DNA of 64,000 nucleotides from Paludibacteraceae bacterium (lineage in GTDB: Bacteria; Bacteroidota; Bacteroidia; Bacteroidales; Paludibacteraceae). The position numbers were made by a program, and so were the translations under genes. The notes beneath the pieces are model-generated. The model was not told the DNA's origin, ran no database searches, and worked only from the letters and a program-made list of their open reading frames with translations. Shown in pieces: positions 31,247-40,927 of the stretch. The first letter of the stretch is position 1. Every line of letters starts with the position of its first letter. The stretch is from positions 35,862-99,861 of the forward strand of contig JBKECI010000072.1 in the NCBI GenBank assembly GCA_047974405.1. Reading direction: 5' to 3'.

Positions 31247-32755
31247 TTATTTAGTTATCTGATTTTCCTCTCCCGACTGTTTGAAAGTTTCAGGAGTATT
31301 GATTTTGTCTGTTTTTTTTGCAATTTCTTCTTGTTGCTGAGTACCCTCTTCTCCTAAGTAAGTTGGAAGTTTAAGTCCTGCCATATTAAAAAGTTCATTT
31401 AGTGGAGGTACGCTTTTCATCAGTCCGGCTACAAAATTTGCTGTCGAACCTTTCCCCGATTCGTTATTTCCCGAATCCCATACGGTAACCTTGTCAATTT
31501 TAAGATTTTTGACAGCTTCTACTTGGGTTTTAACTAATTCGGGCAGTTTTTCGATCAGTAATAGTTGGAAAGCTTTAGTAGGATCACCTCCGGCAGCTGC
31601 TACCACCCCTTTGTAGCCATCGGCTTGTTTACTGAGTATTTCAAATAGCCCTTTTGCTTCTGCTTCCATTTTGGCAAAAATAGCGTCGGCCTCGCCCCGT
31701 GCTTGCAAACGAATACGCTCTGCTTGTGCCTGTGCCTCGATAATGGCTTTTTGTTTGTCGATTTCGGCGAGAACGACCACATTGGCATTTTGGGTAGCGC
31801 GTTCTTTCTCGGCACGTGCCTTTTCTGCTAATTGCTCTGCTGTATATGCTTCTTCGAGTGCTTTTGCCTCTTGTACCTTTTCTGAAGCAACCGCCAATTT
31901 AAGTGCTTCGGCCTCTTTCTGACGGCGTTCCGCATCGGATTGAGCTATTTCAACCTTTGCGGTATTTTCTCCCTTAACAGCTTTGGCGTTGGCTTCAGAT
32001 GTTTTTACACGGGTATCTCTATCGGCTTCGGCTTTGCCTATAAATTCATCTTTTTTGGCAAGTGCAATATTTATCTCGCGGTCTTTGTCTGCAATGGCTT
32101 TACCAGTTTCTCCAATTCTTTCCTGTTCCGCTACGCTTATTTTTGCTTCATTTATGGCTTTGGCAGCAGCCTCTTTTCCGAGTGCCACGATATATCCCGA
32201 CTCGTCTCGAATGTCGGTTACATTAACATTGATAAGTTTCAAACCAACTTTTTTCAACTCACTATCTACTGTTTTTGATATGTTGTCCAAAAATTTATCT
32301 CTGTCGGAGTTTATTTCTTCAATGGTCATTGTAGCTATAACTAGGCGGAGTTGCCCGAAAAGTATGTCTTGAGCCAATTCTTGAATTTTGTCGGAGGTAA
32401 GACCAAGTAATCTTTCGGCAGCCGTATTCATATTTTCTGCTTCGGTGGAGATAGCTATGGTAAATCGGCTTGGTACATCTACACGGATATTTTGTCTGCT
32501 GAGCGCATTTGTCAAGTTGGCTTCAATAGAGAGTGGCTTCAGATCGAGATATGCAAAGTCTTGTATTACTGGCCATATAAATGCTCCACCGCCATGTATA
32601 CATTTTGCCGAAGAACCTCCAGTGCGTCCATAAATAACCAATATTTTGTCTGAAGGGCATCGCTTGTATCGCGAGACTAACGCAGAAATGGTTGCGAATA
32701 TCACTACTGCCGCTACAACGACAAGCAGTATGGGTGATGCTGTAATAGAGTCCAT
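31247..32755 (-). CDS. Flotillin family protein (SPFH/Band-7 domain + long Ala/Glu-rich coiled coil; YqiK-like)
   Basis: N-terminal transmembrane helix, an SPFH domain (PVIQDFAYLDLKPLSIEANLTNALSRQNIRVDV...) and a central EA-rich repeat region typical of flotillins; 502 aa. Confidence 0.8.
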   Translation of the reverse strand: MDSITASPILLVVVAAVVIFATISALVSRYKRCPSDKILVIYGRTGGSSAKCIHGGGAFIWPVIQDFAYLDLKPLSIEANLTNALSRQNIRVDVPSRFTIAISTEAENMNTAAERLLGLTSDKIQELAQDILFGQLRLVIATMTIEEINSDRDKFLDNISKTVDSELKKVGLKLINVNVTDIRDESGYIVALGKEAAAKAINEAKISVAEQERIGETGKAIADKDREINIALAKKDEFIGKAEADRDTRVKTSEANAKAVKGENTAKVEIAQSDAERRQKEAEALKLAVASEKVQEAKALEEAYTAEQLAEKARAEKERATQNANVVVLAEIDKQKAIIEAQAQAERIRLQARGEADAIFAKMEAEAKGLFEILSKQADGYKGVVAAAGGDPTKAFQLLLIEKLPELVKTQVEAVKNLKIDKVTVWDSGNNESGKGSTANFVAGLMKSVPPLNELFNMAGLKLPTYLGEEGTQQQEEIAKKTDKINTPETFKQSGEENQITK

Positions 32756-32760
32756 AGGTT

Positions 32761-33378
32761 TTAGTTTTTTTCTACAATTAATATATTGTTGTCTTCTATT
32801 TTTATAATTTTGACCGATGTGTTTGACGGCAGCCTTTCTCCATCGGTCATTGCCTCTAGTTCGTGTACTGAACCGTTTACGCTTATCATTATTTTCCCTT
32901 TTCCACCTCTTTTTTCGGGGATGGTAAGATAAACATCTGCCGATTTGTTAAGAGTTTTTCGAATGTCAAACGAGTTATTTTCCGAAAGTTTTAGCAACTG
33001 TTTGATAATAAGGAAAAAAATCGAGACAAAAATCACTCCTGCTACTATGGCAACGATGATGAGAAAGATCGGACTTCTTATTAAGGAGTAAAAAGCGATT
33101 CCGCTCCATCCAAAACCAAGCATAAAATTTATCAGGTTTCTCAACGAAAATAATTGAAAAGGAGCTTCGGCATTATTAAAGTCGCTGTCGAAGTCGGCAT
33201 CTATGCCATCCATAGAGTTAGCACCCATAAATGTCATAATAGTTTGTATGAAAAATATGACGGAGGCGGGAATGGCAATAAACCAAAATGTTTTTAACAG
33301 TGGATCTGCTGATGAAAATATTTCCATATACCTTAGGTTTTTTAATTCTTTGTAAAATGCAAAGTTATCAAGCAGCAA
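32761..33378 (-). CDS. NfeD-like / YqiJ-like inner-membrane protein (partner of flotillin)
   Basis: Several transmembrane helices plus a C-terminal OB-fold-like NfeD region (GKGKIMISVNGSVHELEAMTDGERL). It lies 5 nt upstream of the flotillin gene. An alternative start exists at 33327. Confidence 0.6.
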   Translation of the reverse strand: MLLDNFAFYKELKNLRYMEIFSSADPLLKTFWFIAIPASVIFFIQTIMTFMGANSMDGIDADFDSDFNNAEAPFQLFSLRNLINFMLGFGWSGIAFYSLIRSPIFLIIVAIVAGVIFVSIFFLIIKQLLKLSENNSFDIRKTLNKSADVYLTIPEKRGGKGKIMISVNGSVHELEAMTDGERLPSNTSVKIIKIEDNNILIVEKN

Positions 33379-33468
33379 TTGAGATATAAGACGGCTATTC
33401 CTAAAATATAAATATTATATTTTAGGAATATTCCGTTATTTTGATTGTGTCTCAAATCGGGGAACAAA

Positions 33469-34233
33469 TCACTTTCCGAGAGCGGCTTTAGCTTTTTTGA
33501 TCTCTAACTTTGTTTGGCGCTTTTCTAAATCTAACTGTTTGAATTTTAAATCAATTTCATCTTCGTATCGTTTAAGCTCGCGTTTACGATTAGAGATTTC
33601 CATCTCTTTTTGATCCAGCGTTCTTTCTTCTTCCGATAAGTTGGGTTGCTTGCTTTTGAGTGCGTCTCTTTTGTCATTCCATTTTTGTTCTGCTACTTTT
33701 ATCGCGTTTTCTTTTTCGTCTAGTCTTTTTTCTTTCTGGTCAATGGTTGCTTTATCCATCGTTTTCGAAAGTTTTTTCAATGATTTTCTCTCCTTTTTCA
33801 AAAGATTGTATTCATCGTCCCGCAAATCTTTCTCTTTTTTCAGAAGCTTTTCGTCTTCTTTGAAAAATTTTGTTTTATCGTTGTAGTTTTTTCTCTCGTT
33901 ATTGAGCATTTTTTGGGCATCTTTAGCTTGGTCATTGAGCATTTTCAACTCTTTTTTATTCCCTTTTAGCGTACTTTCCATTGATTCTATCTCTTTCATA
34001 TATGCCTCCAGATCTTTCTTTTGACTTTTTATAGAGTCGATGTTGATTTGTTTGAGTACGGGACTATCCCAGTGATAAAAGCCGGCGTCAAGAGGTACCA
34101 CCGTCTTGGTGGCTACAACTGCCTTTTTGATGCTGTCTGTAGCAAAAAGTGTTGAATCTACAACTTGTGCATCCGAAAAACCTGTAAATGCCAATAAAGC
34201 AAATAGGGTAAATGTAATTTTAAATGATTTCAT
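33469..34233 (-). CDS. Secreted K/E-rich coiled-coil protein of unknown function
   Basis: Signal peptide MKSFKITFTLFALLAFTGFSDAQ followed by ~230 aa that are highly charged (K, E, D) with a heptad-like periodicity. No enzymatic motif is visible. Confidence 0.5.
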   Translation of the reverse strand: MKSFKITFTLFALLAFTGFSDAQVVDSTLFATDSIKKAVVATKTVVPLDAGFYHWDSPVLKQINIDSIKSQKKDLEAYMKEIESMESTLKGNKKELKMLNDQAKDAQKMLNNERKNYNDKTKFFKEDEKLLKKEKDLRDDEYNLLKKERKSLKKLSKTMDKATIDQKEKRLDEKENAIKVAEQKWNDKRDALKSKQPNLSEEERTLDQKEMEISNRKRELKRYEDEIDLKFKQLDLEKRQTKLEIKKAKAALGK

Positions 34234-34532
34234 ATGTCTGTTTTTTTTAAGAATTTTTATTATTGCGGAAACCTGTATGTTGAAACAACACAATCACAAA
34301 TCATTTGTAGTATATTATGTGTTTCTAATTGTTGCTTATCAGGAGATGTGTGTATCAAATTTTAAGCCAAAACAGTTACAAATATAAATATATTGTTACA
34401 AAAACACAAAATTATTAGATTTTGTGCAAATAATCATCAAAAATTAATCCCTCAAAGTAAACCCATAGTGTGATTTTTTTCTGTAACTTAAAGTGGGATA
34501 TATCGTAATATGTGCTTGATAGGTCTAAATGT

Positions 34533-35624
34533 TTATTTGTTTACCTCTTTGGTCAGATAAATCAGGGTGGGGAAGTGGTCGCTATACCCGTTTTGAAAGT
34601 ATCCTCCGCTGAAAGTACGGAAAGGGTATCCTTTGTATTTGCCCGTTTTCTGAATTAAAAAATCGCGATTAAAAATCTCCGCTTTTCTGAATTTCAATGT
34701 GGAGATGTCATTTCCCAACAAATTTTCAGAGATAATTATCTGGTCAAATAAATTCCATTTGCCTTGATAGCATAAAGAACCGATGCCTTTCGTGTATTTT
34801 TCCCACATTGTATTGTAAAGTCCGTTTGGTTTCACTTCGGCAACTGTTTTTTTAGCGTTTAACACTACTGTGCAACTTGGGTCAACGGGGTCGTCATTGA
34901 GGTCGCCCATAACAATGACATGCTCAGTGGGATTTATCGCCATTATAGAATCGTAAATATGGCGACATACAGAGGCTGCCAGTTCTCGCGAAACAACAGA
35001 TTTGTCGCCACGTCGCGAGGGCCAGTGATTCACCAAGATAGAAGTGCGTTCGCCTGCTATATTACCAGTAACAAGCAGTACGTCGCGTGTGCGAAAGGTT
35101 GTGTCGGTAATATTTTGTTCTACTCCTTTTGTGTATGGGAAAGGGTAGGTGCGGCTCGAAATATAATGGAAACGCGCAGGGTCATACAATAGTCCTACAT
35201 CAACGCCTCGCCAGTCGGGCGATTCGTAGTGTACTATTTTCAGATTTTTATTTTTTAGAAGCTCAGTAGCTAATAAATCTTCCAATACTTTGCGGCTGCC
35301 AACTTCCGAAACTCCTACAGCAGCAAGCCCTCCCAATTCTTTAGCCATCTCGTTTAATACGAATGACATATTCGCCAACTTTTTACCGTATTTTTCCATA
35401 GTCCACACGTTGGAGCCTTTAGGGGTAAATTCCTTGTCGAAACGATGGTCTATGCTTACCGTAGTATCGGGATAATATAGATTTTCGAGGTTGTAAAAAC
35501 CTATAGGATAAACCTGAACTTTGGTTTGTTTCGTAGTGGACTGCGCTTGCTTGGTGGTTTTGCACGATAGTGCAAATAAAGCGATGACAGCGATGATGGA
35601 TATGTATTTTATTGTTTTGTTCAT
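34533..35624 (-). CDS. Endonuclease/exonuclease/phosphatase (EEP) family lipoprotein
   Basis: Lipobox LFALSC. EEP catalytic motifs are present: N-terminal YNLENL, NHWPSRRG, MGDLNDDP and C-terminal SDHFP. Confidence 0.75.
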   Translation of the reverse strand: MNKTIKYISIIAVIALFALSCKTTKQAQSTTKQTKVQVYPIGFYNLENLYYPDTTVSIDHRFDKEFTPKGSNVWTMEKYGKKLANMSFVLNEMAKELGGLAAVGVSEVGSRKVLEDLLATELLKNKNLKIVHYESPDWRGVDVGLLYDPARFHYISSRTYPFPYTKGVEQNITDTTFRTRDVLLVTGNIAGERTSILVNHWPSRRGDKSVVSRELAASVCRHIYDSIMAINPTEHVIVMGDLNDDPVDPSCTVVLNAKKTVAEVKPNGLYNTMWEKYTKGIGSLCYQGKWNLFDQIIISENLLGNDISTLKFRKAEIFNRDFLIQKTGKYKGYPFRTFSGGYFQNGYSDHFPTLIYLTKEVNK

Positions 35625-35694
35625 ATTGAAAGATGGATTACAACTTTTCCAACGTTCGAAACGTTGGAAAAGTTGTAAAAAAAATGTTTATAAA

Positions 35695-36921
35695 TTATTT
35701 TACAAGTACATTTTTCACTTCCCAAGTAGCAGCGCCTGCTGTGGTGCTTGCATATTTAAATGCAATGTGTACGCTTGAATTTCCAGCAACGGAAGATAGG
35801 CTAACATCTCCGGAGTTTACAAAAGTCCAATCATTTCCTGTAGGCCACGCAGGGACTGTCAGTTTTGTCCAAGTTGCAGTAGATGGTGCGCCCGAGCTGT
35901 AGTTTGTAGAAACATATACTTCTTGTTCTGTCAATTTATTGGATGTAAAGTATTTTCCGGTGTGTTCAAAACTCAAATTAGCGCTTGTTTTTCCAGTAAG
36001 GTTGATTGCGGGGGAGATGAGCCAGCTTTCCGAAGCCTTGGCGCTACTGATAAATGCGCTTGCTTTCATATATTTGTAGTTGCTATCCCATATCCAAACG
36101 TAAGTACCTCCTTCGGGGATAGTAATATCTTGGATAGTAAAACTTCCTTGTCCTGATGCAAATGTTTCGTTTAATATTGCGCCTGAGGTGTCAGCAGGTT
36201 TTGTGCCTCCTGTGCTGCCTCCTTCCAATTCATAATACGATACAGCTTTTAGGCCGGATTGGCCAAAATATTTTTCTAAAGAGCCGTAAAGTTTTACTTT
36301 CTTTCCCAAGTTAGCTTTTACGTCTTTTACGTTCAAACCGGTACGAATAGCGCCAGAGGGTAATTGAACCGGCAGTATGTTGGCGTTACCAGTTTCTGTT
36401 TTTGAATTGGCAATAATGATATTTGTAGCTTGTGTACAAGTATCCGTAGTAAAATAGAACTCTGTGGCGCTGCTTCCTGCCCAAGCATATCCAATGATGT
36501 AGCCTTCAACCCAAGCTAAACCATCTTGGTTCGCGATAGCTTCCGTCACTGTGTAAGGGGCATTTTCGCTGCCATTATTTTCGCCTCCACTGCCGGCAAT
36601 ATCCACTGTGATAGTTGTTTTGGCTGTAAAGATGTCGGCTGTCGCGGTAATCTCGGCTGTTCCTGCGCCTACTGCGGTAACTGTGGCGGTAAGTCCGCTG
36701 CCACTTACTGTAGCTACTGCGGTGTTTGAACTTGTCCAAGCGACATCTGCTTTTGTTCCGCTGGGAGCCAATGTGGCTGTTAAGGTGGTTGTTGCTCCGG
36801 CTTCGGTCAGAGTAGCGGTTTCGGGGCTAATAGAAATGCCGGTAACGGAGTCTTCTTTTTCGCAGCTTGTTACTGTAAATAATAGTACAGTAGCTGCAAT
36901 GAACAAATTTTTTAGTTTCAT
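35695..36921 (-). CDS. Surface lipoprotein with Big_2 (bacterial Ig-like) domain, an OB-fold-like domain and a C-terminal beta-sandwich domain
   Basis: Lipobox VTSC. The Big_2 region is TLTEAGATTTLTATLAPSGTKADVAWTSSNTAVATV. The OB-fold-like region is WVEGYIIGY...EFYFTTDT...IIIANS...KVKLYGSLEKYFGQSGLK. Confidence 0.55.
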   Translation of the reverse strand: MKLKNLFIAATVLLFTVTSCEKEDSVTGISISPETATLTEAGATTTLTATLAPSGTKADVAWTSSNTAVATVSGSGLTATVTAVGAGTAEITATADIFTAKTTITVDIAGSGGENNGSENAPYTVTEAIANQDGLAWVEGYIIGYAWAGSSATEFYFTTDTCTQATNIIIANSKTETGNANILPVQLPSGAIRTGLNVKDVKANLGKKVKLYGSLEKYFGQSGLKAVSYYELEGGSTGGTKPADTSGAILNETFASGQGSFTIQDITIPEGGTYVWIWDSNYKYMKASAFISSAKASESWLISPAINLTGKTSANLSFEHTGKYFTSNKLTEQEVYVSTNYSSGAPSTATWTKLTVPAWPTGNDWTFVNSGDVSLSSVAGNSSVHIAFKYASTTAGAATWEVKNVLVK

Positions 36922-36955
36922 AAGTAAATAAAATTAGTTATTTTTATGTTTTTAT

Positions 36956-37822
36956 TTAATAGAGTAAATCTTTTCTACTTCTAATTGTTAATTGGGTGGT
37001 GTTGTTGTATTTCCCGAGTATGCAAATAACCGAGCCTTTTCCGGTGGGTATGGTATCAGCGGCAAAGTTGGCATATTCGCTTGTTCTGACCAATAAAGCG
37101 CTCCCGGCTACTGTCAGATTTGTGTTGCCATAACTGGAACCTTTCTGGGCGAAAATATTATTACCACCGTTTTCAAAACTTACATTCTCAAATTTTACGA
37201 GCGTGCTTCTATTGCTTTCATCTATGACAGGCACCGAGGTTAATGTTGGAATTGTAATTTTTGTAGAATCGGGTATTCCGTTTCTGAATACATGGGTGTA
37301 AAATTCGGTTGGTGTCATTCGCCCTATGCTTGCATTTTTAACCGTGCCATCAACGTTGTACGAAATATAAGGGATTCTACTCCCTATTTGATAAGAACCA
37401 CCGTATTTTCCAATACACAGCCCGTCTAACTCAATGATAATTTCCTGACCTACTCTAAAAAGTGAAAATACACCGGTGAGGTTTGTGCCAATTGTGATGG
37501 CGCCGGTTTCGTCCTGAATATAAAATTGCTTGTAAATATTTCCACTTTCGTCGTTAGCGGTTACTACTCCTTTTATGGCTAAATTTGTGTTGTCAATCGT
37601 TCTTACTTCAAAATTTCCTGCTTTGTTGACATAGCCATTTGCTAAAACAGGCAATGGATAGCTTTCACTCCTTGTTTTTAATTCTGCTATTGTAATGATA
37701 TCGCTGTTTGTTTCGTATGTAGGGATTTCAATATCCGGAGTATCGGAACTTCGCTTGTCGCAAGCGCTTAATACCAATATGACAGCCAATAAAATACTTA
37801 TGGTATGAATATATTTTTTCAT
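36956..37822 (-). CDS. Surface lipoprotein with OB-fold-like domain (DUF5689-like)
   Basis: Lipobox VLSAC. The central region IKGVVTANDESGNIYKQFYIQDETGAITIG...GQEIIIELDGLCIGKYGGSYQI matches the pattern of bacterial OB-fold domains found in extracellular nucleases. Confidence 0.5.
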   Translation of the reverse strand: MKKYIHTISILLAVILVLSACDKRSSDTPDIEIPTYETNSDIITIAELKTRSESYPLPVLANGYVNKAGNFEVRTIDNTNLAIKGVVTANDESGNIYKQFYIQDETGAITIGTNLTGVFSLFRVGQEIIIELDGLCIGKYGGSYQIGSRIPYISYNVDGTVKNASIGRMTPTEFYTHVFRNGIPDSTKITIPTLTSVPVIDESNRSTLVKFENVSFENGGNNIFAQKGSSYGNTNLTVAGSALLVRTSEYANFAADTIPTGKGSVICILGKYNNTTQLTIRSRKDLLY

Positions 37823-37834
37823 AAATATGTTTTA

Positions 37835-40648
37835 TTAGAATTTATAACCAACATTTAAGAATACGTTAAATCCTTGCATGTAATAAAATTTAGCGGGGAA
37901 TTTATTTAGATTGCTCAAATCAATTTCATCGTTGTACAATGGAATCCGTCCTTGTTCATATCCGCCCGTTCTCACATTTGTATTATTGAGAATGTTTACC
38001 GCATTAAGGTTTATGTTTAATTGTTTTCCACCTTTGAAATAAATCAATTTACTGACAGATATGTCCATTGTTATGGTATTGTCCAATTCCACTTGTCGTA
38101 GCCAATCTTCAACAACTGCCTCACGCTGTGCATCGTCATATCCGGCATTGGTAGCAGCATTTCTTACCGCAGTGATGATTGACGGCGTACGTTGAATGTA
38201 CGAAGGGTCTAAATAGTTGTTGGCAATACCGTTTATGCTCACTTCAAACCACCAGTATTTCCAAAAATATTGTGCGCTAAAGGTTCCGGCAATTTCAGGC
38301 GAACCTCCCACATGGTAATCTTTGATGGCAACTCCTTCGTTGATGTCTTCACCGGAGCCATTTTCGTAACGTACTGTTCCCATTGGGTTGGATGTGTATC
38401 TGTAATCAGACCAAGTACCAGCCATAGAAAGAGTGATATTTTTCCACACGTTGTATTTAACGGCGGCTTCGGTGCCATAGTTTCGCTTGCTTACGTCCGA
38501 GATGCTGTGATGTACGAAAGTACCATAAGAGTCATTGTAATAAGAAATTTTAGATGCCCCATCCGTATAGTTGGTATAAAATCCTGAAATTCTACCGTTT
38601 ATTTTAGGATAAGTAAATACATAGTTTAAATCGGCGGTAGAGATTTTTTCGGATTTCAGATTTGGTACGGCTTCGTCGGATATACGGGGTTTCGTGTAAG
38701 CGTCGTAGGGCAATGGAGCTTGGGACTTATACATTCCATTAAGCGAAATCAGATTTCGACCATTTATTTTATATACGATGCCCGCTTTTATTGCCGGATC
38801 TATAAAGGTGTGTACTTCTCCTTTGCCATAAGAGGTAAGCGGAGCGCGTCCGTTTTGCATTTTACCATCGCGAAAAAACGAATTGACGGAGAGTTTACCG
38901 GCATAAAACAGTTCTAAATGTTCGTAATTGTGATGCACTTGCGCCCAAACACTTCCATTTTTGATGTCAGTATTGTAATTGTAACCAAAAATATCACCTT
39001 CTGTTACTTTGCGGTTGGGGTTAAGCAAATCGTTTTGTTTAACGTTTTCATTTCCGGGAAAATCGCGTTCGCCGTATTTATCTATATCAAGCAGATAGTT
39101 TGCTCCAAGCAAGTCGGCTACGGCATCAAAAGTTTTACCGAGTGTGTAACGTGCATTTACTCCGGCGGTAAGGGTTATTTCTTCGCGCAGCCGTTTTTGC
39201 AAAGTAGTGTTAAAGCTTGTTTCCAATGCGTCGTTGCGTCGTTCTTCTATGATGTAAAGAGCCGATTTGTTTGCGCCGTATGTGTTGTTATAGGCATTTG
39301 CTTCGTAAATATCTCCCCAAAGAACCTGGCTTCTTGATGTACTCCAAAATTCTGCATCGCGTTGATAAGTTGGATTAAGTGTATTGTGCGTATTTGCAGT
39401 ATAGCTGGGTAAATAGCGATAATAATCGGGGCGAGGATCGGCGGCATTGTTAAACCAGTTGAGAGCCGTAGAACCATAGCGGTTGTAGTTGAAGGCTATG
39501 CCTGTTGTCAGTTTTTGATTACTGTCGATTTTCCATACGTGTGAAAGGATAACTGTTGGGTCGTAACTTGTAACTACGCGTTGGTTGCGTTTAGACCCAT
39601 CGGGCATATACCCCCAGTAAGAGTTATACTGGTTATCCCCTTTGATGTCATAAGCCTCTTGTACTGAAGCGGATTGTTGGGCGCGTTGCACTGGTGAGCC
39701 AAAGGTAGAGAGGGATAGGCTGTGGCGTCCGTTGTCCCATTGCTTTTCTGCTCCTAAAAAATAGGCGATATTATGATAAAATGTCCCTTCTATATTGCCT
39801 TCGTTGGCATAGCGTCCACCTATAAGTGCCGAAAACGCCCAACCGTTTCGGTTAAAACCGGTATGATGTGAGAACATTAATCGTTGTTGATAGTTGCGGT
39901 TGGTATAGGTGGCGGTAATCTTGCTGCCACGCGCATAGCTGCCGGCTCTCAGGTCGTAATTTTGTGCTCCTGCTAAATCTCCGAACGAAAACAGACTTGC
40001 TTGCAGATAGTCTTGCGTGGTAGCATTTCGCGTAACATCATTCATTCCGCCAATCATCGAATAATTAAAATTACCACGCATAAGCGAGTTGAACTCAATG
40101 CCATTCAGATAAGTTTGTTCGTATTTGTTTTTATAGCCGCGTGGTGAAAAGCGGAATCCGGATAGATTATAACCCACTTCCGAGAGGAAAGGGTCGTTGG
40201 ACAAAGTAGCCAGCGTACTGAAGTTTTGTCCTGCAAGGTCGGCATCCTCATTTTGTGTGGATTCATCGATGGCACTCAATTCAAAACTGTTTTCACGCTG
40301 AAAACCAAGGTACGCCGATTCCACATCTGCAATTTTTGGGTCTTTGTCAAACAGTATTTCTCCCAAATCTAAAGTTTGCCCATCGATAATTTTTATATTT
40401 ATCGTTTGCTCTACATATTTCGGATGCGATAATGAGAGTATCTCATCATTAGCTTTGAGCATTTGTAATGTAAATCCGCCTGTCGTATTTGTAACCGTAT
40501 TTAGCTCTTGTTTCACTAAAGTTATTGTTACGCCCAAAACAGGATTGTTTGTCGCACGATCAATTACTGTGCCTTTGATCGCGGAGTTTTGCGCTGTTAG
40601 AGTAACAACCAAAAACAACACTGAGCAAATGACTAAAATTTTCTTCAT
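37835..40648 (-). CDS. TonB-dependent receptor-like outer-membrane beta-barrel with N-terminal carboxypeptidase-regulatory-like domain; no SusD partner
   Basis: Signal peptide. N-terminal IKGTVIDRATNNPVLGVTITLV (CarbopepD_reg-like), a ~900-aa barrel ending in the aromatic terminal residues GYKF; 937 aa. It is followed by two small lipoproteins rather than a ~500-aa SusD-like protein. Confidence 0.7.
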   Translation of the reverse strand: MKKILVICSVLFLVVTLTAQNSAIKGTVIDRATNNPVLGVTITLVKQELNTVTNTTGGFTLQMLKANDEILSLSHPKYVEQTINIKIIDGQTLDLGEILFDKDPKIADVESAYLGFQRENSFELSAIDESTQNEDADLAGQNFSTLATLSNDPFLSEVGYNLSGFRFSPRGYKNKYEQTYLNGIEFNSLMRGNFNYSMIGGMNDVTRNATTQDYLQASLFSFGDLAGAQNYDLRAGSYARGSKITATYTNRNYQQRLMFSHHTGFNRNGWAFSALIGGRYANEGNIEGTFYHNIAYFLGAEKQWDNGRHSLSLSTFGSPVQRAQQSASVQEAYDIKGDNQYNSYWGYMPDGSKRNQRVVTSYDPTVILSHVWKIDSNQKLTTGIAFNYNRYGSTALNWFNNAADPRPDYYRYLPSYTANTHNTLNPTYQRDAEFWSTSRSQVLWGDIYEANAYNNTYGANKSALYIIEERRNDALETSFNTTLQKRLREEITLTAGVNARYTLGKTFDAVADLLGANYLLDIDKYGERDFPGNENVKQNDLLNPNRKVTEGDIFGYNYNTDIKNGSVWAQVHHNYEHLELFYAGKLSVNSFFRDGKMQNGRAPLTSYGKGEVHTFIDPAIKAGIVYKINGRNLISLNGMYKSQAPLPYDAYTKPRISDEAVPNLKSEKISTADLNYVFTYPKINGRISGFYTNYTDGASKISYYNDSYGTFVHHSISDVSKRNYGTEAAVKYNVWKNITLSMAGTWSDYRYTSNPMGTVRYENGSGEDINEGVAIKDYHVGGSPEIAGTFSAQYFWKYWWFEVSINGIANNYLDPSYIQRTPSIITAVRNAATNAGYDDAQREAVVEDWLRQVELDNTITMDISVSKLIYFKGGKQLNINLNAVNILNNTNVRTGGYEQGRIPLYNDEIDLSNLNKFPAKFYYMQGFNVFLNVGYKF

Positions 40649-40927
40649 ATTTTTGTGTTTTTAGAACCTACAAAAATAGTATTATTTTTATTCCTGCCAA
40701 AAGAAGTTTTGTGAAATGTATTAATTTTGTATTTTAACTCAATGTGAAGAAGGCAATGTTTCAATAGTTTTAAATTGTTTTTGATTATGCTATAATTAGG
40801 CTGGTTGGTTGAGGGTTCTTATTAAACACTATACGTACATATTTTATGCCAATTGCCAATAAACATTTAAAAAAAAGGAAGTCCTGATAAAAATGTATTA
40901 TTTTTGTACTCAAATTATTGCTTGAAA

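Noticed and set aside
31671-32372. + strand Ala/Ser-rich ORFs (83-129 aa)
   Set aside because: They are antisense to the flotillin Glu/Ala/Lys-rich coiled-coil region; the GC-skewed codons make spurious open frames.
33469-34293. Possible tandem-repeat or CRISPR-like periodicity in the K/E-rich region
   Set aside because: The periodicity is at the amino-acid (heptad) level of a coiled-coil CDS. There are no exact DNA direct repeats with unique spacers, so this is not a CRISPR array.
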